Source of the DNA: Wolbachia endosymbiont of Armadillidium arcangelii
GTDB taxonomy: Bacteria > Pseudomonadota > Alphaproteobacteria > Rickettsiales > Anaplasmataceae
Direction of reading: 5' to 3'
Assembly: GCF_040207875.1 (NCBI RefSeq)
Contig: NZ_CP157942.1
Coordinates: forward strand, 1,492,001 to 1,524,000
DNA: 32,000 nt
Both the position numbers and the translations under genes were made by a program. Positions 1 to 10,561 of the stretch are shown here, piece by piece. Position 1 is the stretch's first letter. Each line of letters starts with the position of its first letter. Below the pieces are notes generated by a model. It had not been told where the DNA came from, did no database searches, and saw only the letters and a program-made list of their open reading frames with translations.

Positions 1-38
1 CTGATAATACTATAGTAGCAATTAATTAGTTGGGTTCT

Positions 39-305
39 ATGGAAGATACAGTAAAAATAACGGCTGAAGAGTTGAAGAGTTACATAGAGAGAATCGAAAA
101 ACTTGAACAAGAAAAGAGGGATGTGCAAGATCACATTCGTGATATATATGCAAAAGCCGCAGATGAAGGCTGGGATGCAAAAGTGATGAAACAAATTATT
201 AGGCTAAGAAAGATGGATGATGGTGACAGAGAGGAACAGGAAATATTACTTGATACCTATAAACGTGCATTAGGAATGAGTTGCGAAGAAGAACTAAGTG
301 AATAG
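39..305 (+). CDS. UPF0335/DUF2312 family protein (GapR-like small DNA-binding protein)
   Basis: ORF 30..305. The coiled-coil sequence ELKSYIERIEKLEQEKRDVQDHIRDIYAKAADEGWDAKVMKQIIRLRKMD matches the alphaproteobacterial UPF0335 signature. The ATG at 39 is preferred over the TTG at 30. Confidence 0.8.
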   Translation: MEDTVKITAEELKSYIERIEKLEQEKRDVQDHIRDIYAKAADEGWDAKVMKQIIRLRKMDDGDREEQEILLDTYKRALGMSCEEELSE

Positions 306-873
306 TAGAATTGTAGTTGGAATAAGTGGAGCATCTGGTTCTATTTATGGTGTACGGATTCTAGAAGCACTAAAAAATACCAACCATGAAACTCATTTAG
401 TGATCAGCAGTGCTGGAAAAATAACTCTAGCTCATGAGATGAAAGAAAAACTTGAAGATATTACATTGCTTGCAGATTTTTACTATTCTGAAGAAAAAAT
501 AGGAGAAAAAATAGCAAGCGGCTCATTTAAAACCTCAGGGATGGTTATTGCTCCATGTTCTATGAAGACAATGTCTGAAATTGCATCAGGTGTTACTTCC
601 AATCTATTGACAAGAGCTGCAGATGTAACGCTAAAAGAAAGAAGAAAGTTAGTTCTTATGGTGCGAGAATCGCCACTACATCTTGGGCATCTACGAAATA
701 TGTTAAAACTAACGGAGATGGGAGCAATTATTGCTCCGCCAATGCCTGCTTTTTATATTAAACCAAAATCTTTGAGTGATATTGTAAATCATTCTGTTGG
801 TAAAGTATTGAATTTATTTAATATCGCATTACCTAATTTCAAGGAGTGGCAAGGAAATGACAATTATTATTGA
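298..873 (+). CDS. ubiX: flavin prenyltransferase UbiX
   Basis: 191-aa ORF with [14 protein letters not shown] and [14 protein letters not shown] motifs and the length typical of UbiX/Pad1. The GTG start overlaps the upstream stop. Confidence 0.9.
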   Translation: MNSRIVVGISGASGSIYGVRILEALKNTNHETHLVISSAGKITLAHEMKEKLEDITLLADFYYSEEKIGEKIASGSFKTSGMVIAPCSMKTMSEIASGVTSNLLTRAADVTLKERRKLVLMVRESPLHLGHLRNMLKLTEMGAIIAPPMPAFYIKPKSLSDIVNHSVGKVLNLFNIALPNFKEWQGNDNYY

Positions 874-1744
874 CGGTAAAAAAATAGCTAATGGTCTCTG
901 TGAGAAGCTATCACAAAAAATTGATACTTTAAAGAGAGAGCATAATATTTTTCCTTGCCTGAAAGTAATTCTCGTGGGCAGCAATCCAGCAAGTCAGGTT
1001 TATGTCCGCAACAAACAGAAAAAAGCAGAATCAATAGGCATAAGTTCTGAGACCATTGTTTTGCCTAATAATATTTCAGAAGATGAATTGATTGAAAAAA
1101 TCAATGAGTTAAATGAAGATCGATCTGTGCATGGCATTTTAGTACAGTTGCCTTTACCAAATCATATTAGTGCAAGCAGAGTAATTAACGCAGTAAGTAT
1201 TGAAAAAGATGTAGATGGCTTCCACAATGAAAACGTTGGTAGATTAGTTAAAGGTGAAAAAAACTGCCTTATACCTTGCACTCCTAAAGGTTCTTTGCAT
1301 TTAATTAAATCAATTGAAGAGAACCTTTCCGGTAAAAACGCAGTGGTGATTGGTAGGTCAAATATTGTGGGTAAACCAATGTTTCACCTATTGTTACAAG
1401 AAAATTGCACCGTTACCATCTTACACTCACAAAGCAAGGATTTAGCTGAATATTGCTCTAAAGCGGATATAGTAGTTGCAGCAGTCGGAAAGCCAAATTT
1501 TGTTCAAGCAGATTGGATAAAGAAAGGTGCAATAGTGATCGATGTTGGCATAAATAGTGTTAATGTAGGAAATCAAGGTAAGCTCGTAGGTGATGTTGAC
1601 TTCGAAGGAATAAAAGAAAAAGTCAAAGCAATTACTCCAGTACCAGGAGGCGTTGGCCCGATGACAATTGCATTTCTAATGATGAACACTGTAGTCGCTG
1701 CTTGCTTGCAGCAGGGAGTTGATGCTTCTAATTTCATTAGTTGA
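857..1744 (+). CDS. folD: bifunctional methylenetetrahydrofolate dehydrogenase/cyclohydrolase FolD
   Basis: 295-aa ORF with [38 protein letters not shown] and [11 protein letters not shown] motifs. Confidence 0.95.
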   Translation: MTIIIDGKKIANGLCEKLSQKIDTLKREHNIFPCLKVILVGSNPASQVYVRNKQKKAESIGISSETIVLPNNISEDELIEKINELNEDRSVHGILVQLPLPNHISASRVINAVSIEKDVDGFHNENVGRLVKGEKNCLIPCTPKGSLHLIKSIEENLSGKNAVVIGRSNIVGKPMFHLLLQENCTVTILHSQSKDLAEYCSKADIVVAAVGKPNFVQADWIKKGAIVIDVGINSVNVGNQGKLVGDVDFEGIKEKVKAITPVPGGVGPMTIAFLMMNTVVAACLQQGVDASNFIS

Positions 1745-1858
1745 GGGCATGAGAAGAATAGATACCCCGTCTCTAGATAATAACATCTAATTTTGTCCAA
1801 ACAGCAAACCACTTTGCAGGATCACCTTATCCACTACAGAAATATGCAATTTAGAGCA

Positions 1859-2569
1859 TTAAAAATTATAACGTATTCCTACCTCTAGCATCGCGTCCGG
1901 TATTTGTAATGGTGGTTTAAAACTACTTAGTTGCCCACCCATGGTCATACCAACTGTACCAATTATCTGCGGAGTAACTTCATAATCAACACCAACCTTT
2001 AGTTTGTACGAAATAGCACCCAGTATTTTATCTACTAAAGATGGTTCTGGGGCTGTACCTATTATCTCGCCTACTGCCTCGTCTACCCTTTCCGCTACAT
2101 TTTTTACTACCCCCACCTTTTCTACTAACCTGCTTGCTAACGCGTCTGCCTTTTCTACTGCCCCGCCTAATGACGTGTCCTTGCCTACTACATTTTGTAA
2201 TGCTTGAGCTGCGTTTGATCCTGATTTAGCTTCAATTATCTGGACATATCCACCTAAACCTCCACTAACGTATAGCTTAACGGGATCAATATTAAGACCA
2301 GGATAGAAGCGGTAGTTTACCAATAAGCTAGCTCCTATGCTCTTTAATGACTTAACATTACTGAGAACCTCAAGTTCAAATTCGGAGTTTTGATCATAAT
2401 GGTAACCAAGAACAACGCCAGGTTTCATTTTAAAGCCATCACCCCAACCAGCACCAAAGTTTAAACCTGCATAGTACTGACTCTCTAAATTAGCCGCTGC
2501 ATTATCATCTGCACCTGCTAGAGATGAAGTGAGCAATACAGCCAAAACACACAATCTCTTTATTTTCAT
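1859..2569 (-). CDS. outer-membrane beta-barrel protein (porin/surface-antigen-like)
   Basis: Signal peptide MKIKRLCVLAVLLTSSLAGA, alternating-hydrophobic strands, and a C-terminal beta-signal ending in RYNF. The ATG at 2569 is preferred over the ORF-track start at 2581. Confidence 0.7.
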   Translation of the reverse strand: MKIKRLCVLAVLLTSSLAGADDNAAANLESQYYAGLNFGAGWGDGFKMKPGVVLGYHYDQNSEFELEVLSNVKSLKSIGASLLVNYRFYPGLNIDPVKLYVSGGLGGYVQIIEAKSGSNAAQALQNVVGKDTSLGGAVEKADALASRLVEKVGVVKNVAERVDEAVGEIIGTAPEPSLVDKILGAISYKLKVGVDYEVTPQIIGTVGMTMGGQLSSFKPPLQIPDAMLEVGIRYNF

Positions 2570-2688
2570 ATAACTACCCATACAAAAAAATATATAATGC
2601 GTAAGTATATATCCTTTATATTAAAAAAGATATAACTGCATATCAAAAAAAGTATAACTATAAAATTAGGGACGTGCTACTCAAATTT

Positions 2689-5277
2689 TTATATAACTAT
2701 GTTTACTACCTTATTTGGTATAGCATATATAGTGCGAATTTTGCTTTGATCGATTCTATTAGATACAGAACCTGTTGCTATTTTCTTCAATTCTTCTTGA
2801 GGTAAATCAGTTGCTACTTTGATAGTCGCACGCAACTTTCCATTGATCTGCACTGCCACAGTCACCATATTATCAATTAGTAGTGATTCATCAGCTTTTG
2901 GCCAAGGTTGACCTCCTATTTCTTGCCATAGGCTTTCAGCTAGATGTGGTATGAACGGTTCGATTACTCTGATTAGTATACATATACCTTCATCAATAAG
3001 AGATTTTCCAGTTTTTACATCTATTTCGGCTATTAAATTCGTCATTTCACGGAATTTTGCTACCACACAGTTTAATCTGCAGTTTTCCAAGTCATCTGTA
3101 AGTCCGTGTAAGAGTTTATGAATTTTTTTTCTATATTCTAGAAGTTTATCTGTGTAATTTGGTGTCATCCCAGTGCGTGACACTGCAGCATCACGTGCCG
3201 GAATGACAGGCAGTTGTATAGGCCTTAGCTGCATTACCATACGCCACAATTTATTTATATAGCGAGAACAGCCTTCTACGCCATCATCTGACCATTCCAT
3301 ATCTTTTTCTGGAGGAGTGTCAGATAATACAAACAAGCGAGCAGTATCAGCACCGTACTTTTCTATGATAAAGTTTGGGTCAATTGTGTTCTTTTTCGAT
3401 TTGCTCATCTTTTCAACTTTCCCAACTTGAACCTTAGCACCTCGTGCCATCAAATCTTTTGCTTCTTCAGGAAAGAGCCATTTGCCATTCTCATCTTTAT
3501 AAGTTACATGGCAGACCATTCCTTGAGTGATTAAAGTAGAAAAAGGCTCTTTAATATCAAAATAGCCACATTTGGTCAAAGCACGGCAGAAAAATCTTGA
3601 ATAAAGCAAATGCAGAATTGCATGTTCTATCCCACCTATATAATAATCAACAGGCATAAAACGATTACACGCATCTTTATTGATAGACTTATTTTCACTA
3701 CAAAATGCAGCAAAATACCAAGAAGACTCGAAAAAAGTGTCGAATGTATCAGTTTCACGCTCTGCTTGCTTTCCGCACTTTGGACAATCAACAAATTTCC
3801 AAGTTGGGTGCTTATCCAGAGGATTACCACCACTTGTAAATTCTACATCCGTTGGTAGAACTACAGGAAGGTCTTTTTCTGGAACTGGCACAGTTCCGCA
3901 ATCTTTACAATATATAATAGGTATAGGACATCCCCAATAACGTTGCCTTGAAATTCCCCAATCGTGCAAACGATAGTTTATTGTTTTCTTACCTATTCCT
4001 TTTTCCTCAAGCTTTTTAATGATTACTTCCTTTGCCTCATTAACCGTTAGTCCGTTTAAAAATTCGGAGTTGAACATCACTCCATCGCCAGTATAGGCTT
4101 CATTTAAATCCTCTGTCATCCAAGTAGCTTGACACTGGGATCGATTATAAGAATCCTGGTCACGCGCTGGAATGACACCTAAGTGGGCCAAAGAAACAAC
4201 GGGAATAATCGGCAAATCATATTTCTGCGCAAATTCAAAATCACGCTGATCATGTGCAGGGCAACCAAAAATTGCACCTTCTCCATACTCCATCAACACA
4301 AAATTCGCTACATAAAGTGGCAACTCTTTATTAAGAAATGGATGTTTGACATTTAATCCTGTGTAAATCCCGATTTTTCCGTCACTCTCTCTTTTCGATT
4401 TTATTTCCTGGATCCCAGTGTCGAAGCACTGGGATGACAAAGCTTCAGAAGCGTCTGGAATGACAGCAAAAGAACCATCTTTTAAATCCTGCACAATAGG
4501 GTGCTCTGCTGCCACTGCACAGAAAGAAGCTCCAAATAAAGTATGAGGAGAAGTTGTAAAAATCTTTAACTTCTTATTCAAGCCAACTATTTCAAATTCT
4601 ATAGTTACCCCTTCGGACTTTCCTATCCAGCGTTCTTGCATCGTTTTGACTTTTTCTGGCCAGTTTTTTAAATTTTGCAAGTACTCAAGTAGATCTTCAG
4701 CGAAATCAGTAATCTTCAAAAACCATTGAGATAACTTACGTTTTTCAACAACTGCACCTGATCGCCATCCTTTTCCATCAACCACTTGCTCATTTGCAAG
4801 CACTGTTTGGTCCACTGGATCCCAATTAACCCACGACTCTTTTCGATAGGCAAGCTCATGCTTTAAAAAATCCAGGAAAAATTTCTGTTCGTGTTTGTAA
4901 TAATCGGGATCACATGTGGAGAGCTCACGATTCCAGTTGTAGGAAAGACCTATAGACTTTAGCTGCGCACGCATATTGTCTATATTCTCTTTTGTCCACG
5001 CCGCAGGGTTAATGTTATTGTCTCTCGCTGCATTTTCAGCTGGTAATCCAAACGCATCCCAGCCAATTGGGTGCAAAACCTCAAATCCACGAGCTCTCTT
5101 GTAACGTGCTATTACATCCCCTATTGCATAGTTGCGCAGATGCCCCATGTGAATCTTACCAGATGGATATGGAAACATTTCCAACACGTAACATTTCTTC
5201 TTTTTACTATCTTTGCTTACAGAAAAATCCCACTTATTTTGGTAGAATTTTTCAATGTTTTTAAAATCATATTTCAT
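2689..5277 (-). CDS. leuS: leucine--tRNA ligase
   Basis: 866-aa ORF with HMGH and KMSKS class-I signatures and LeuRS-wide similarity. The ATG at 5277 ([16 protein letters not shown]) is the likely start. Confidence 0.97.
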   Translation of the reverse strand: MKYDFKNIEKFYQNKWDFSVSKDSKKKKCYVLEMFPYPSGKIHMGHLRNYAIGDVIARYKRARGFEVLHPIGWDAFGLPAENAARDNNINPAAWTKENIDNMRAQLKSIGLSYNWNRELSTCDPDYYKHEQKFFLDFLKHELAYRKESWVNWDPVDQTVLANEQVVDGKGWRSGAVVEKRKLSQWFLKITDFAEDLLEYLQNLKNWPEKVKTMQERWIGKSEGVTIEFEIVGLNKKLKIFTTSPHTLFGASFCAVAAEHPIVQDLKDGSFAVIPDASEALSSQCFDTGIQEIKSKRESDGKIGIYTGLNVKHPFLNKELPLYVANFVLMEYGEGAIFGCPAHDQRDFEFAQKYDLPIIPVVSLAHLGVIPARDQDSYNRSQCQATWMTEDLNEAYTGDGVMFNSEFLNGLTVNEAKEVIIKKLEEKGIGKKTINYRLHDWGISRQRYWGCPIPIIYCKDCGTVPVPEKDLPVVLPTDVEFTSGGNPLDKHPTWKFVDCPKCGKQAERETDTFDTFFESSWYFAAFCSENKSINKDACNRFMPVDYYIGGIEHAILHLLYSRFFCRALTKCGYFDIKEPFSTLITQGMVCHVTYKDENGKWLFPEEAKDLMARGAKVQVGKVEKMSKSKKNTIDPNFIIEKYGADTARLFVLSDTPPEKDMEWSDDGVEGCSRYINKLWRMVMQLRPIQLPVIPARDAAVSRTGMTPNYTDKLLEYRKKIHKLLHGLTDDLENCRLNCVVAKFREMTNLIAEIDVKTGKSLIDEGICILIRVIEPFIPHLAESLWQEIGGQPWPKADESLLIDNMVTVAVQINGKLRATIKVATDLPQEELKKIATGSVSNRIDQSKIRTIYAIPNKVVNIVI
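3163..3208. repeat. short palindromic repeat copy inside leuS, in frame
   Basis: Sequence tgtcatcccagtgcgtgacactgcagcatcacgtgccggaatgaca. It has outer inverted ends TGTCATCC/GGAATGACA and an inner CAGTG/CACTG pair. It is translated as [15 protein letters not shown]. Confidence 0.7.
4159..4177. repeat. partial copy of the same repeat inside leuS
   Basis: Sequence gtcacgcgctggaatgaca, translated as GVIPARD. This is the same peptide as at 3163-3208. Confidence 0.5.
4408..4465. repeat. short palindromic repeat copy inside leuS, in frame
   Basis: Sequence ctggatcccagtgtcgaagcactgggatgacaaagcttcagaagcgtctggaatgaca, with a CCCAGTG/CACTGGG hairpin. It is near-identical to 11469-11500 and is translated as [19 protein letters not shown]. 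Confidence 0.75.
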
Positions 5278-5281
5278 AAAT

Positions 5282-5872
5282 TTAATCACAATTTATGTGT
5301 GCCAAAGGATCGACTGCTTGACCATTATGCCGTATTGTGAAACACATCTGCGGATCTTTATCTTGTGTGCTTGATTTACCTGCAGACCCAATAACCTGGC
5401 CTTGTTTTACTTTATCATCAATTTCAACTTGTATGTTTTTTAAATAGGAGTACATAGTCATGTAATTATCTTTATGTTCCATTATAATTAAATTTCCATA
5501 CCACCTCAGTCCTTTACCTACGTATATTACTTTGCCAGGTGCAGAAGCAATAACATTTATTCCATTTTGAGCAGTAATTTTTATGCCATCCTGACATATT
5601 TTATCAGAAGAGGTAGCTGCACCTTTAACCGGTATTACAAATTTACACATGCTTTGTGCATTATTGTTATATACCTTATCTACGAAGGCTTTTCTACTTT
5701 CTTTTCGCAGCGAAGAATCAACATTTTCTTTAATCAAATGGTATTCCCTTGTGTACTCTAGGTCTCTTTTCCCATAAAACTCCTCACCTTTAAGTAGTAC
5801 AGAAGCAGGTTTTTGCAGGCCACAGCTTATCAGTATTGCTGATAATATAAAGAACAAGACTATACGAAACAT
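5282..5872 (-). CDS. NlpD-like LytM (M23) domain lipoprotein, catalytically degenerate
   Basis: Lipobox ILISCG after a hydrophobic leader. The C-terminal [32 protein letters not shown]...[16 protein letters not shown] aligns with the E. coli NlpD LytM domain. The ATG at 5872 is preferred over the GTG at 5902. Confidence 0.75.
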   Translation of the reverse strand: MFRIVLFFILSAILISCGLQKPASVLLKGEEFYGKRDLEYTREYHLIKENVDSSLRKESRKAFVDKVYNNNAQSMCKFVIPVKGAATSSDKICQDGIKITAQNGINVIASAPGKVIYVGKGLRWYGNLIIMEHKDNYMTMYSYLKNIQVEIDDKVKQGQVIGSAGKSSTQDKDPQMCFTIRHNGQAVDPLAHINCD

Positions 5873-5918
5873 AAACTTATCTCTAGATATATCAACTTTC
5901 ACAAAACTTTATAGTGTT

Positions 5919-6251
5919 TTACGTCTGCTCATTACTTTCTTCATTTATTTTATCAATCAAATAGTCTCTTAAATCAGTAAGTTCTTGAAACAAATTCCTT
6001 AAATCATGATTGATTTTTACGTCATTACAAAATTCCTTTTGTACTCCTTTTATTGTATATCCTTTATCGTATAGCATGTATTTTACTTTTTTTATCGCCT
6101 CTATACACTTACGATCATATAGTCTTCTTCCCTTACGTTTTATGGGTTTGATTTGATGAAATTGACTTTCCCAAAATCTCAAAACATGCTGTTCCAAATG
6201 TAGTTCTTCAGCTACTTCCCCAATTGTATAAAATAATTTTTCCTTATTCAT
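5919..6251 (-). CDS. MerR-family transcriptional regulator
   Basis: N-terminal [27 protein letters not shown]...GRRLY. It sits downstream of and overlaps ihfA, a common alphaproteobacterial pairing. Confidence 0.8.
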   Translation of the reverse strand: MNKEKLFYTIGEVAEELHLEQHVLRFWESQFHQIKPIKRKGRRLYDRKCIEAIKKVKYMLYDKGYTIKGVQKEFCNDVKINHDLRNLFQELTDLRDYLIDKINEESNEQT

Positions 6252-6547
6252 CGATTATTTATTGATTTCTTTAACACTTGTGAAGATCTAAAAGAAATTG
6301 ATTTTCTCGCTTGAATTACTACTTTTTTCGATGTATTTGGTATATTTCCTGGCCTTTCTTTCTTTTTTTTAACCAAGAATGTTCCAAATGAAGATATTTT
6401 TACTATTCCATCTTTTACCAAGCTTGTCTTTATCTCATTCAATATATCATCTATTATCGCAATAGAGTCTTCTTTTGATAGTCCAATTTCCTGATTTATG
6501 CATTCAGCTATTGTTGCCTTAGTTACTGTTGTGTCTTTTATTGCCAT
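6248..6547 (-). CDS. ihfA: integration host factor subunit alpha (HU/IHF family)
   Basis: 99-aa ORF with GLSKEDS...ISSFGTF...ERPGNIPNT...SFRSS, the IHF/HU fold pattern. Confidence 0.85.
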   Translation of the reverse strand: MAIKDTTVTKATIAECINQEIGLSKEDSIAIIDDILNEIKTSLVKDGIVKISSFGTFLVKKKKERPGNIPNTSKKVVIQARKSISFRSSQVLKKSINNR

Positions 6548-6585
6548 AATTTATTACAGTATGTCAATATAATATAGCAATCGAC

Positions 6586-7782
6586 TCAAGATTCAGCTAC
6601 TTTATTTTTATAGTATGTTTCTTTTGTGGCATAATTTAAAATACTAGCAACTGCTAACATCGCAAATACTGTGAAAAGCGCTTTTTGATAATCTGGAAAA
6701 AGCGCTAAAACTGATACTACAATTCCGCTGACAATAAACATAAATCCATTGATAATGGATGATGATGTGCTAATGTATTTCCGCTCCACAATCTCACTGC
6801 CAACAGTAAAATTAAGCATATGTCCTCCTGAAAAAAAACCAAACATTAACATACAAAAGTATACAATATGAACTGTTAAGTGGCTGTATAGTAAAATAAC
6901 AATTGAAATGCCTTGCAGTAGAGCAAAAGCGGAGATTACGTGCCTTCTATTTTCAAATAGATTTGAGATTAGATCTGCAATTGGAGCACCAATTGCAAGA
7001 CCAAGCCACAATATTGCAGTTGCCACACCTGACTCCATTGTATTGAGCTCTAAGTTGATTAGTAACCTTGGTGCCCACAACATATTAAGCGCTAAAAATG
7101 TTCCAAAAGTAATAGCACCCACTATTGAGGTTATCCAGATATCTCTTAATTTTAGCACCATTAGTACAGAACGTATTACTGTTTTTATAGAGCTTTTTAT
7201 TATGTATCTTTCCAAACTTTTTTTTGAAAATCCTTCTGGATAAAAAAACATAAGTACAAATATTGACACGCCAAATAATATTACGCATACAATTAGATTC
7301 TTCCAATCTGCACCTTCAGCAAGAAAGCTAGAGAATAACATTTGAATCATCAAAGCGGAAAGACTTGAAATTGTCTGCACTAGTGAAAACATTAATCCAA
7401 ATTGGGTAATGGGAAAGTATGTGCTACTTATATGAGCAGCGCCAATAAAACCAAACGATGCTCCAATTGCAATCAACAATTGAGATAAAATTAAATGGGC
7501 AAAATTGTCACTGTTGATAAGGACAAAAAACCCAAAGATCATAATTGACAATGAGAAAAAATAAATTTTTTTACTGGAAAAAACGTTAAACATTGCCCCA
7601 CTGAAAAATTGTGAGATGGCAAAAGTCCAAGTATATGCTGAATTAGCCAGTGCAACTTGCGCAATTGTGATCCCAAGTTCTTTTTCAAGATTTACACTTA
7701 TAAAAGTATAGATTATCTGCATATTGCTGAATATAACAATCAAGTTACTGATCAACCAAATGAACCAAGCTCTACTTCCCAT
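6586..7782 (-). CDS. MFS transporter
   Basis: 398-aa ORF with about 12 hydrophobic segments in a 6+6 layout around a central basic loop. Confidence 0.8.
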   Translation of the reverse strand: MGSRAWFIWLISNLIVIFSNMQIIYTFISVNLEKELGITIAQVALANSAYTWTFAISQFFSGAMFNVFSSKKIYFFSLSIMIFGFFVLINSDNFAHLILSQLLIAIGASFGFIGAAHISSTYFPITQFGLMFSLVQTISSLSALMIQMLFSSFLAEGADWKNLIVCVILFGVSIFVLMFFYPEGFSKKSLERYIIKSSIKTVIRSVLMVLKLRDIWITSIVGAITFGTFLALNMLWAPRLLINLELNTMESGVATAILWLGLAIGAPIADLISNLFENRRHVISAFALLQGISIVILLYSHLTVHIVYFCMLMFGFFSGGHMLNFTVGSEIVERKYISTSSSIINGFMFIVSGIVVSVLALFPDYQKALFTVFAMLAVASILNYATKETYYKNKVAES

Positions 7783-7961
7783 AAAATTTATTTTACGAGT
7801 AATCCATTGATACTAAGCCTCCTTTAGGCTCTGATTACTGTTAAAACAGTTGCAATTATAGTATGATATAAAAGCTATGGAAACTAAACAAACAATTTAT
7901 TGTGAAATTTAAACTGCCATCAAAGTAGACCTATTCCAGCACAACAGCCAATAAAAACCAC

Positions 7962-7990
7962 TTGACAAACTTTCCCACTTTCCTTATTAT
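7962..7990 (+). promoter_or_regulatory. sigma70-like promoter motif (TTGACA-17 nt-TATTAT), orphan
   Basis: Perfect -35 at 7962-7967, a 17-nt spacer, and TATTAT at 7985-7990. No annotated gene lies downstream on the + strand. This could be a chance match in AT-rich DNA. Confidence 0.2.
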
Positions 7991-8302
7991 ACTAATAAGA
8001 GTATTTATCCTTGTTTTTGGGCTCAATGACAAAATTCAGTAAAAAAACTCAGATATTTATTGGCAAATTACATAAAATTATAGCGGCTGCATGTCTTTTT
8101 TATTTTTTCTACATTCAGCCAAAACGCGCTTTAAATAAGCGTTAGCACATTATTACAACGCCAATTTAAATTATTATAGGGTCAAAACTCGCTATACGGG
8201 GGTTCTTTTGTCTTTTTTTATTTAGTAAATTTCTTAATATTTATAGCTAAAGTAATTTTAGAGAGCCAGCGCGTGACTAGTTCTTATTACCTGGTCAGCC
8301 TT

Positions 8303-8478
8303 CTGGATCTCAGTGTCAGCTACTCGGATGACAGGAAAGAGGGCACTGGGATGACATCGAAGGGGCTACAGGAACGACACTACAGAGGTTACTTAGATGA
8401 CAAGAAAGGAAGCACTGATTTCAATATTTATTAGTCATGCACCTGAACAGATACCTTTTTTCTGCCACTCGGATGATG
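8303..8478. repeat. cluster of GGATGACA-type short palindromic repeats
   Basis: Copies seen: ctggatctcagtgtcagctactcggatgaca, gcactgggatgaca, acttagatgaca, ccactcggatgatg. The layout is the same as in the elements at 11469-11567 and 4408-4465. Confidence 0.75.
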
Positions 8479-8540
8479 TTTTTTCAAATTGTTGGTAAAT
8501 CAAAGTCAGTTTAGCTATTAATTATTCATCTTTTTTCCAG

Positions 8541-10475
8541 TTATTCAATGGGTCTATTATTAAATCTTTCAATAATACCTTTTATTTTTGCCGCCTCTTC
8601 AAACTCTAAATTTTCAGCATGCTTCAACATTTGCTTTTTCAAACTGTTTAGATCATCCTTATTAAAATTCTCAACTACCACTTTTTCCTGTAAAGTATTT
8701 GATATAGGCTTTATTATAGTTTTTGGTACAATATTATGCAGTGTATTATACTCTGTCTGTTTCTTTCTTCTCCTTTCAGTTTCTTTCAGTGCGCGATCCA
8801 TAGAATTAGTCATTTTATCTGCGTATAAAATTACTCTGCCTTCAACGTTGCGTGCAGCACGGCCTATCGTTTGAATGAGTGAAGTCTCCGATCGTAAAAA
8901 TCCTTCTTTGTCAGCATCCAAAATTGCAACTAACCCACACTCGGGAATATCAAGACCTTCCCGCAGTAAGTTAACACCAATTAGAACATCGATTTCTTTC
9001 GATCTTAATTTACATATAATATCAATTCTTTCCAGTGCACCAATATCTGAATGCAGATAATTTACTTTCATACTGAGCTCACTCATATGCTCAGCTAGCT
9101 TTTCAGCCATTTTTTTTGTCAATGTGGTAATTAGAATACAAAATCCCTTTTTTATTGTTACTTGCGCCTCGTGAATTACGTCATCAACCTGATTCTCTGT
9201 TGGTTTTATGGTACAGATGGGATCTGTGAGTCCTGTTGGGCGGATAACTTGCTCTATGAATGCATGATTAGTCTTTTCTAATTCGTATTTTCCAGGAGTA
9301 GCCGAAACGTAAATAGTTTGGGGCCGTATTGCCTCCCACTCTTCAAATTTTAATGGACGGTTATCAGAAGCAGAAGGGAGCCTAAAACCATAATCAATCA
9401 ATTTCTTTTTACGTGCTTCATTGCCACTATACATTGCACCTATCTGGGGAACGGTTACATGGCTTTCATCAACAAATAAAATTACATTTTTAGGTAAATA
9501 CTCAAACAACGTAGGCGGTGGATCCCCTGCTTTCATTTCATAAAGATAACGAGAATAATTTTCAATACCTTTACACACTCCCGTTGCCATCATCATTTCA
9601 ATATCAAAATTAGTACGCTGCTCAAGGCGCTTTGCTTCAACAATTTTGTTCTGTGAATAGTAATAATCCAAGCGTTCATGAAGTTCTTTTTTGATCAGCT
9701 GAACTGCTTGCAATAGAGTTTCACGTGATGTAATGTGATAGCTGTTTGGAAAAATGGTGATTTTATCTATGCGTCTGATAATATTGCCAGTCATGGCATC
9801 GATTTCAAAAATTTCTTCTATTTCATCACCAAACAATGATAGACGCCAAGCTTTATTTTCATAATAGGTAGGAAAGATATCGATAATGTCGCCACGCACT
9901 CTGAAATATCCTCGCTCAAATCTAACATCAGAGCGCTTGTATTGAAGATCAGCTAAATTACTCAGGAAATCATTAACACGCACTTTATCTCCAATATTAA
10001 GGGATATAGTCATATTGAGGTAACTTTCAGGCGAACCAAGACCGTATATACAGGAAACACTGGCAACTACAATTGTGTCCCTGCGCTCCAAAAGCGAACA
10101 GACAGCGGAGTAACGTAGCATATCAATTCTTTCATTTATTAAAGAGTCTTTTTCAATATAAGTGTCAGTTTGTGGCGAATAAGCTTCAGGCTGATAATAA
10201 TCATAATAAGAAATGAAGTATCCAACAGCATTGTGGGGAAAAAATCCTCTCATCTCCTCGTAAAGCTGCGCCGCTAAAGTTTTATTATGCGCCATAATTA
10301 ACGCAGGCCTGTTTGTTCTTGCAATAACATTTGCCATAGTGAAAGTTTTTCCAGAGCCGGTAACTCCAAGCAAAACCTGATCTCTTTTGTTGTTATTTAG
10401 CCCTTCAACTAAGCTATCTATTGCCTGTGGTTGATCTCCAGCTGGCTGAAAATGTGTAACTATTTGAAATTCCAT
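8541..10475 (-). CDS. uvrB: excinuclease ABC subunit B
   Basis: 644-aa ORF with Walker A GVTGSGKT, a DESH box, helicase motifs and a C-terminal UVR domain ([11 protein letters not shown]). Confidence 0.97.
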   Translation of the reverse strand: MEFQIVTHFQPAGDQPQAIDSLVEGLNNNKRDQVLLGVTGSGKTFTMANVIARTNRPALIMAHNKTLAAQLYEEMRGFFPHNAVGYFISYYDYYQPEAYSPQTDTYIEKDSLINERIDMLRYSAVCSLLERRDTIVVASVSCIYGLGSPESYLNMTISLNIGDKVRVNDFLSNLADLQYKRSDVRFERGYFRVRGDIIDIFPTYYENKAWRLSLFGDEIEEIFEIDAMTGNIIRRIDKITIFPNSYHITSRETLLQAVQLIKKELHERLDYYYSQNKIVEAKRLEQRTNFDIEMMMATGVCKGIENYSRYLYEMKAGDPPPTLFEYLPKNVILFVDESHVTVPQIGAMYSGNEARKKKLIDYGFRLPSASDNRPLKFEEWEAIRPQTIYVSATPGKYELEKTNHAFIEQVIRPTGLTDPICTIKPTENQVDDVIHEAQVTIKKGFCILITTLTKKMAEKLAEHMSELSMKVNYLHSDIGALERIDIICKLRSKEIDVLIGVNLLREGLDIPECGLVAILDADKEGFLRSETSLIQTIGRAARNVEGRVILYADKMTNSMDRALKETERRRKKQTEYNTLHNIVPKTIIKPISNTLQEKVVVENFNKDDLNSLKKQMLKHAENLEFEEAAKIKGIIERFNNRPIE

Positions 10476-10561
10476 ACCTTTATATTTTCATAATGTATTT
10501 ATTATTATATAATACATTTGCTAGTGTAAATAAGGTATAAAAGAATGAACATAAAAAAACT

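Noticed and set aside
1573-1812. A 79-aa minus-strand ORF overlapping the 3' end of folD.
   Set aside because: It mostly overlaps folD antisense and resembles no known family.
3610-3940. Several 60-90-aa ORFs on either strand inside leuS (3610..3858, 3636..3833, 3680..3940, 5067..5340).
   Set aside because: They lie entirely within a well-supported LeuRS frame, have low-complexity translations and show no start signals.
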